Assembly (NCBI GenBank): GCA_964391185.1
Contig: CAYMIX010000002.1
Coordinates: forward strand, 90,968-154,967
Length of the DNA: 64,000 bases
Source of the DNA: an uncultured Candidatus Peribacteria bacterium
Lineage (GTDB): Bacteria; Patescibacteriota; Gracilibacteria; Peribacterales; Peribacteraceae
Reading direction: 5' to 3'
The notes beneath the pieces are model-generated. The model was not told the origin of the DNA. It did no database searches and saw only the letters and a program-made list of their open reading frames with translations. This document shows positions 59,382 through 64,000 of this stretch, one piece after another; the first letter of the stretch is position 1; each line of letters opens with the position of its first letter. The position numbers were made by a program, and so were the translations under genes.

Positions 59382-59446
59382 AGTAAGGAGGTACGGCAGT
59401 AATGAGATAAGGATGTCCCTCCTTGCCTCCATACATCCTTACTTTT
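59381..59446. repeat. family C-like palindrome acting as a probable bidirectional terminator
   Basis: TAAGGATGT (59408) pairs with ACATCCTTA (59433), then CTTTTTT. Outer AAGTAAGGA/TCCTTACTT arms. Confidence 0.65.
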
Positions 59447-60271
59447 TTAACGTCGTCGTTGGCTCTGCGCTAAGAGCCCCATCGCAAAGATCAGCATCGC
59501 GATGCAGAAGATCATCACGAATAATGTTGGGGAATGAACCCACCACGCTGTGCTTGTTCCAACGATGAAGACGATGAGTGAAAGCAGAAGGAAGAGTTTG
59601 ATCGGATTGAAGTACACGACAGACTCGGTGATGTATTGGAGGGTGCGAAGAGAATCGCGGAAGATGCGAACTTTGCTGTGGCCTATACGTTTGCGGTAAT
59701 CGATTGGGAGATACGCAACCATTTTTCCTGTGAAGAAATACGCGAGCGTCATGGTTGTCGGCAAACTGAAGCCATTACAGAGGTGCGAGAAATACTCCGT
59801 GATCTGGCTTTTGCGGAAAGCGCGCATACCGGAATTGATATCTGGAATGTGACGACCAGTTGCGAATTCGGAAATGAAACGGAAGATGAACCGTGCGAAT
59901 ACTTTGAATGGTGAGCCCCAGTAATACTTCCCTGTTCGCGCTCCGACGACCAAGTCATAGCCACCTTCGAGCATTTTTACGAATTCTGGAATCCGGTCTG
60001 CAGGATACGTGCCATCGCTGTCCATCATGATAATGATATCGCCCGATGCGCGGACAATTCCGTCTTTGATACTGCGGCCAGCACCGAGCGGCAAACCATG
60101 ATGCAACACTACAACTGCAGATGCTTGAGCAATTTCCGCTGTTTTGTCCGTAGAACCATCATTGACGACGATAATGTCTGCTTCTGGAACAACAGCGCGG
60201 ATCTCGTCGATGACGCCAGCGATGGCTAGTTCTTCATTGAAAGCCGGGAGGATGACAGTGAGACGGGACAT
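59447..60271 (-). CDS. GT2 glycosyltransferase with C-terminal TM helices
   Basis: LTVILPAFNEELAI..IIVVNDGSTDKT..MDSDGTYP. Confidence 0.8.
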   Translation of the reverse strand: MSRLTVILPAFNEELAIAGVIDEIRAVVPEADIIVVNDGSTDKTAEIAQASAVVVLHHGLPLGAGRSIKDGIVRASGDIIIMMDSDGTYPADRIPEFVKMLEGGYDLVVGARTGKYYWGSPFKVFARFIFRFISEFATGRHIPDINSGMRAFRKSQITEYFSHLCNGFSLPTTMTLAYFFTGKMVAYLPIDYRKRIGHSKVRIFRDSLRTLQYITESVVYFNPIKLFLLLSLIVFIVGTSTAWWVHSPTLFVMIFCIAMLIFAMGLLAQSQRRR

Positions 60272-60387
60272 TGGCTAGCCAGCATACACCGATAAACCCA
60301 TGAGAAAATCAAAATAACAAATAGCAAAGAAAGATCTCAAATCCTAAGTAATCAATAGCTTAAACGGGTGGGAGCGCGCCGATTGGG

Positions 60388-60487
60388 GTCCTTCGTGGCT
60401 CGCGACGATGTGTCATGGTGAGGTGCCCCGTCGAGGGGCCACGAACCATCACATCGCTCGCACCTCAGGATGACACCCCTTCGGCGC
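60388..60487. repeat. family A composite element (reverse orientation)
   Basis: Reverse complement reads GTGTCATCCTGAGGTGC..ATGGTTCGTGGCCCCTCGACGGGGCACCTCACCATGAC..CGAAGGAC. Confidence 0.75.
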
Positions 60488-60509
60488 ACAAAGCAGGTAT
60501 AATCCCTGT

Positions 60510-62324
60510 ATGTGCGGTATCGCCGGACTCTCCGGAGAACATCGGCAAACGATTGAAGCGATGACCAACTGTCTGGTCCATCGCGGTCCTGACGGTAATG
60601 CGATTTGGACCGGAAACGGAGCAAGCTTGGGCCACGCTCGCCTCGCAATCTTGGACCCTCGCCCTGAAGGTGATCAGCCAATGTGGAATGACGATAAAAC
60701 GATTGCGATCGTCTACAACGGAGAAATCTACAACTACCGCGAACTCCGCGACATCGAGAATCTGAAGTGTAAAACCACAACTGATACAGAAGTGATCCTA
60801 AAGCTCTACGAAAAGTACGGAACAGATTTCATTCACCGACTCCGCGGAATGTTCGCTTTCGGTATGTACGATACGAAGAAAAAGCTATGGACGCTCGCTC
60901 GCGACAGCAAAGGAATTAAGCCGCTCTTCATCGCACATCCGAATAATCAATTAGCTTTTGCATCCGAAATGCGAGCACTGATGCGCGCAATGCCAAGTAA
61001 GCCTGCAATTAACATGACTGCGCTCTCGCAATATATGCGATTGCAGTATGTTCCGGGTCCTCAAACGCTGTGTGTAGGAATTGAATCCTTGCCCCCAGGA
61101 ACAATCTTGGAATGGCATGAGGGTACTGAGACCCGAAAGAAGTTTGAACCAAAGGAAGAGGCCTCGTATGCATCCAAGAACGATTTTAAGGAACACTTCC
61201 CGACTGTAATGGACGATATTGTTCATCAACATTTAGTTTCTGATAAACCGGTTGGTATTTATCTCAGTGGAGGAATCGATTCATCGGTCGTGTTGCACCA
61301 CATGAGTAAACACGCAGCAAAGCCGATCAAGACGTTTACTGTACGTTTTGATGCAACGGAAGAAGAAGGTTCTGCGCGCTTTAATACTGATGCCGAACTG
61401 GCGAAGAAAACCGCAGAACATTACGGAACAGATCATCATGAAATATTCCTCACAGCGGAAGCTTATAAAGATCTCTATAAAGAAACCGCTCGAGCACTCG
61501 ATCAACCAAATGCAGACTCTGTGTCAGTGGCTCAGGTATTGCTTTCCCGTGAAGCAAAGAAGCACGTCGACGTTGTGCTCACCGGCGCGGGAGGTGACGA
61601 ATTATTCGGCGGCTATCCACGCTATCGCATTGCTCGTGTGCTCCAGGCAACTGGCCTGATTCCATCAATGGTTCGATCGCAAACAGGAAAGATCATGGGC
61701 TATCCGCATGATGTCTTGGCGATGACGCCTGGTGCACGACTTGCGGAACGATTACTCGCACGGCCAATGAGTGAACTCACACCGATTATCAAAGGCGAAT
61801 GGCTCGATGAATCAGCGACGACAAAACTCTTCGCAGAAAGGTTCGATGCACTTAAGACTTTTGATCCTGTCCGCGCCTTCATGGAATTCGATCGTCACTT
61901 GTGGCTGATCGATGAATCATTACGCCTCGCTGATGCAACAACAATGGCACACGGCGTCGAAGCACGCGTTCCGTTTGTAGACGAGCGAATCATTGCCGCA
62001 TCGCACGCAACGCCTGCGGCTTGGCACGCAACACTAACGAAGACGAAAGCACTACTCAAAGATACGTACCGCGGAATTCTTCCAGATCATCTCTATACAT
62101 TGAAGAAGGCTTCATTCTATCCCCCGCTCGCCAAGTGGCTCCGCCGCGAAGCTGCACCGCTCGCAGAAGAAATGATCGCAAACAAACGCATCCAGGAATT
62201 GTTTGATGCAGAGGAACTGCAGAAAGAATTCTATGAACACCGCGAGAAAAAGGTGTATCGGTTGCACACGCTCCAAGCACTTATTCAACTAAGTAACTGG
62301 TTTGAGACGGTGTATGACGCTTAG
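60510..62324 (+). CDS. asnB: asparagine synthase (glutamine-hydrolysing)
   Basis: MCGIAG N-terminal nucleophile, SGGIDSS PP-loop. TATAAT-N6-ATG. Confidence 0.9.
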   Translation: MCGIAGLSGEHRQTIEAMTNCLVHRGPDGNAIWTGNGASLGHARLAILDPRPEGDQPMWNDDKTIAIVYNGEIYNYRELRDIENLKCKTTTDTEVILKLYEKYGTDFIHRLRGMFAFGMYDTKKKLWTLARDSKGIKPLFIAHPNNQLAFASEMRALMRAMPSKPAINMTALSQYMRLQYVPGPQTLCVGIESLPPGTILEWHEGTETRKKFEPKEEASYASKNDFKEHFPTVMDDIVHQHLVSDKPVGIYLSGGIDSSVVLHHMSKHAAKPIKTFTVRFDATEEEGSARFNTDAELAKKTAEHYGTDHHEIFLTAEAYKDLYKETARALDQPNADSVSVAQVLLSREAKKHVDVVLTGAGGDELFGGYPRYRIARVLQATGLIPSMVRSQTGKIMGYPHDVLAMTPGARLAERLLARPMSELTPIIKGEWLDESATTKLFAERFDALKTFDPVRAFMEFDRHLWLIDESLRLADATTMAHGVEARVPFVDERIIAASHATPAAWHATLTKTKALLKDTYRGILPDHLYTLKKASFYPPLAKWLRREAAPLAEEMIANKRIQELFDAEELQKEFYEHREKKVYRLHTLQALIQLSNWFETVYDA

Positions 62325-62382
62325 CAGAATGGTTCGTCGGGCTCACCATGACACAAGACGTGTCACCCTGAGCGCGGCGAAG
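62324..62382. repeat. family A element flanked by a 15-bp direct repeat
   Basis: ATGGTTCGTCGGGCTCACCATGAC..GTGTCACCCTGAGCGCGGCGAAG. GGTGTATGACGCTTA occurs at 62309-62323 and 62383-62397. Confidence 0.8.
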
Positions 62383-62394
62383 GGTGTATGACGC

Positions 62395-62763
62395 TTAAGA
62401 ACGTTTGGGAATCTTTAGAGCCATCGGTGGGAAAGGTGCAGCTGCATAAACTACTTTCTGCTTACTTCCATCATTTTGAGTTCGCAACTGAATAGAGAAA
62501 TGTTTCGCTCTAACTCTAGTAACAAGATGGATCCCCACTTGGTGTTCTTTGAAAAAAAGCTTACATCCAGATCGCTGGATAACTTCACGAATCCTTTCAA
62601 TTTCTTCTGCAGAAGCCTCTATAGGAAATTTTCGCCCCTCCAAACTAGCAAACCATCGATTGAGCCTTTCAAGAACCGGCTTCATAATAGCATCAATCCC
62701 TTCAATGAGACTATCAGCTTGTTCTTGAACTGATGCCAAAGAATCTGGAAGATCCGCGTCCAT
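62395..62763 (-). CDS. hypothetical protein (122 aa), AT-rich orphan
   Basis: TTGACA-N18-TAGTAT promoter ending 9 nt before the ATG. No family recognised. Confidence 0.45.
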   Translation of the reverse strand: MDADLPDSLASVQEQADSLIEGIDAIMKPVLERLNRWFASLEGRKFPIEASAEEIERIREVIQRSGCKLFFKEHQVGIHLVTRVRAKHFSIQLRTQNDGSKQKVVYAAAPFPPMALKIPKRS

Positions 62764-62798
62764 AGGGCGCGTATACTATTGAATTTTTACACAAATTG

Positions 62799-64000
62799 TC
62801 AATCCAACGCAAACTGCTTAAGATACGCCTCCCTCTCCTTCATCCGATCCTCCGGAATATTCTCCTTCCTGAGCACACAGTTACCGAGAACAAGGTAATC
62901 CATGTGCGTGTGGAGGAAGCAATTCAGTGCATCTTTTGGTGATTCCACGATTGGCTCTCCACGCACGTTGAACGATGTGTTGATGATCACCGGGCAGCCC
63001 GTCTTCTTTTCGAACGCTTTGATGAGATCGTAGTACCGTGGGTTTTGATCGCGGCGAACTGTTTGGATGCGAGCGGAACCATCGACATGGGTGACAGCGG
63101 GGATTTCGGAACGCTTCGATTCATGCACATCAGCAACCAAGAGCATGTACGGGCTTTCACGATCCAACTCGAAGTAATCCTTCGCGCGTTCCTCTAATAC
63201 GGTTGGGGCAAACGGACGGAATGATTCACGGAATTTGATCTTGAGGTTCACTTTCTGCCAGTTCTCTTTGTTGCGGGCATCCGCAATGATCGAGCGGCAA
63301 CCGAGTGAGCGTGGACCGTATTCCATGCGTCCCTGGAACCAACCGATAACGTTGTGCCCTTCGAGGAGACCTGCAACAGTTTCGATAAGTTCATGATCGC
63401 CGTATTTGTCGTACGGCATGTTCTGATCTTTCAAGAACTGCTCGATCTGTTCCTGAGAATATTCATTCCCTAAGAACACATGACTCAAGCGTGGCACGGC
63501 TTTTCCTTTGAACTGCTTGTGCCAAATTGCGAGTGCAACACCGAGCGCTCCACCAGCATCACCAGCTGCAGGCTGAATAAAGATATCTTTGTACAAACCT
63601 GAGCGCAGAATCTTTCCGTTCGCAACACAGTTGAGCGCCACACCTCCAGCGAGACAGAGGCAATCGGATGGTGCGATTTTCTTTGCGTGTGCGGCGATCT
63701 TCAACATCACTTCTTCCGTAATTTCCTGCAGCGAACGCGCGACATCTTTGTGGAATTGCTCGAGCTTACTTTCACCTTTGCGTGTCTTGTGACCGAAGAG
63801 TTTTTCGATTGCGGAACCTGTCATCGTATCTCCGTATTCATAATTGAAATACTTCATGTTCAGCGTGAAACTGCCATCTTCAGCCACGTTTATCAGCTGA
63901 CGCATTTCGTTCATGTATTTTGGCTCACCATATGGAGCCAAGCCCATCACCTTATATTCCGCACTGTTCACACGGAACCCGAGATAATACGTGATTGCGG
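62799..64000 (-). CDS. carbamoyltransferase (NodU/CmcH family), C-terminal ~400 aa; 5' part beyond window end
   Basis: YKVMGLAPYGEPKY..NTSFNVRGEPIVESPKDALNCF. The frame stays open upstream of 63971 (..AITYYLGFRVNSAEYKV). Confidence 0.85.
   Translation of the reverse strand, partial: AITYYLGFRVNSAEYKVMGLAPYGEPKYMNEMRQLINVAEDGSFTLNMKYFNYEYGDTMTGSAIEKLFGHKTRKGESKLEQFHKDVARSLQEITEEVMLKIAAHAKKIAPSDCLCLAGGVALNCVANGKILRSGLYKDIFIQPAAGDAGGALGVALAIWHKQFKGKAVPRLSHVFLGNEYSQEQIEQFLKDQNMPYDKYGDHELIETVAGLLEGHNVIGWFQGRMEYGPRSLGCRSIIADARNKENWQKVNLKIKFRESFRPFAPTVLEERAKDYFELDRESPYMLLVADVHESKRSEIPAVTHVDGSARIQTVRRDQNPRYYDLIKAFEKKTGCPVIINTSFNVRGEPIVESPKDALNCFLHTHMDYLVLGNCVLRKENIPEDRMKEREAYLKQFALD

Noticed and set aside
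17254-62382. Family A repeats as hammerhead-like ribozymes (CUGAG...CGAAG strings)
   Set aside because: The hammerhead core needs CUGANGA...GAAA with three helices around it. The repeat has CUGAGCG..CGAAGGG forming a simple 6-bp stem with an 11-nt loop and no cleavage-site helix.

Overview
64-kb window of a densely coded bacterial chromosome. Backbone GC is about 47% by my hand counts of sample stretches. Gene content and repeat style resemble small-genome Patescibacteria/CPR-type bacteria, but that placement is inference only.

Left half (1-31 kb): housekeeping and central metabolism genes. These are the guaA 5' part, gpmA, trmD, infC-rpmI-rplT, prfB with its programmed +1 frameshift, and tRNA-Ser(CGA). 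A flavodoxin + two-subunit 2-oxoacid:ferredoxin oxidoreductase operon faces an ADP-forming acetyl-CoA synthetase. Envelope genes are mixed in: an O-antigen-ligase-like protein, a UDP-GlcNAc 2-epimerase, a divergent cis-prenyltransferase, a TagA-like GT26, a DsbA-like lipoprotein, a GT2, a PilN/PilO-like pair and a patatin.

Right half (31.3-64 kb): one very large glycan / envelope-glycosylation locus. It contains ugd, a UDP-GlcA 4-epimerase, gmd, an fcl-like reductase and a ColD-like 3-dehydratase. It also holds several SDR epimerases, a second nucleotide-sugar dehydrogenase, GtrA, five GT2s (four of them paired with polytopic GT-C-like membrane proteins) and a GT4. FkbM and class-I methyltransferases, a HAD-UbiA fusion, an FAD oxidoreductase, asnB and a carbamoyltransferase complete it.

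Superimposed signals I consider most worth follow-up:
1. A monocistronic tandem histone-fold (doublet) gene at 30824-31183.
2. A -10 box fused to the start codon (TAnnnT-N6-ATG/GTG) at about 15 genes, implying leaderless mRNAs.
3. A RAYT-type HUH transposase plus at least seven families of short palindromic repeats. Several are inserted in frame into conserved genes, and one has a 15-bp target duplication.
4. Four GC-rich (57-60%) small-gene islets that use SD + 5'UTR + intrinsic terminators instead of the backbone architecture. Two carry long C/G homopolymer tracts.
5. A fossil ugd start codon block upstream of ugd.

No rRNA, CRISPR array or prophage was seen.
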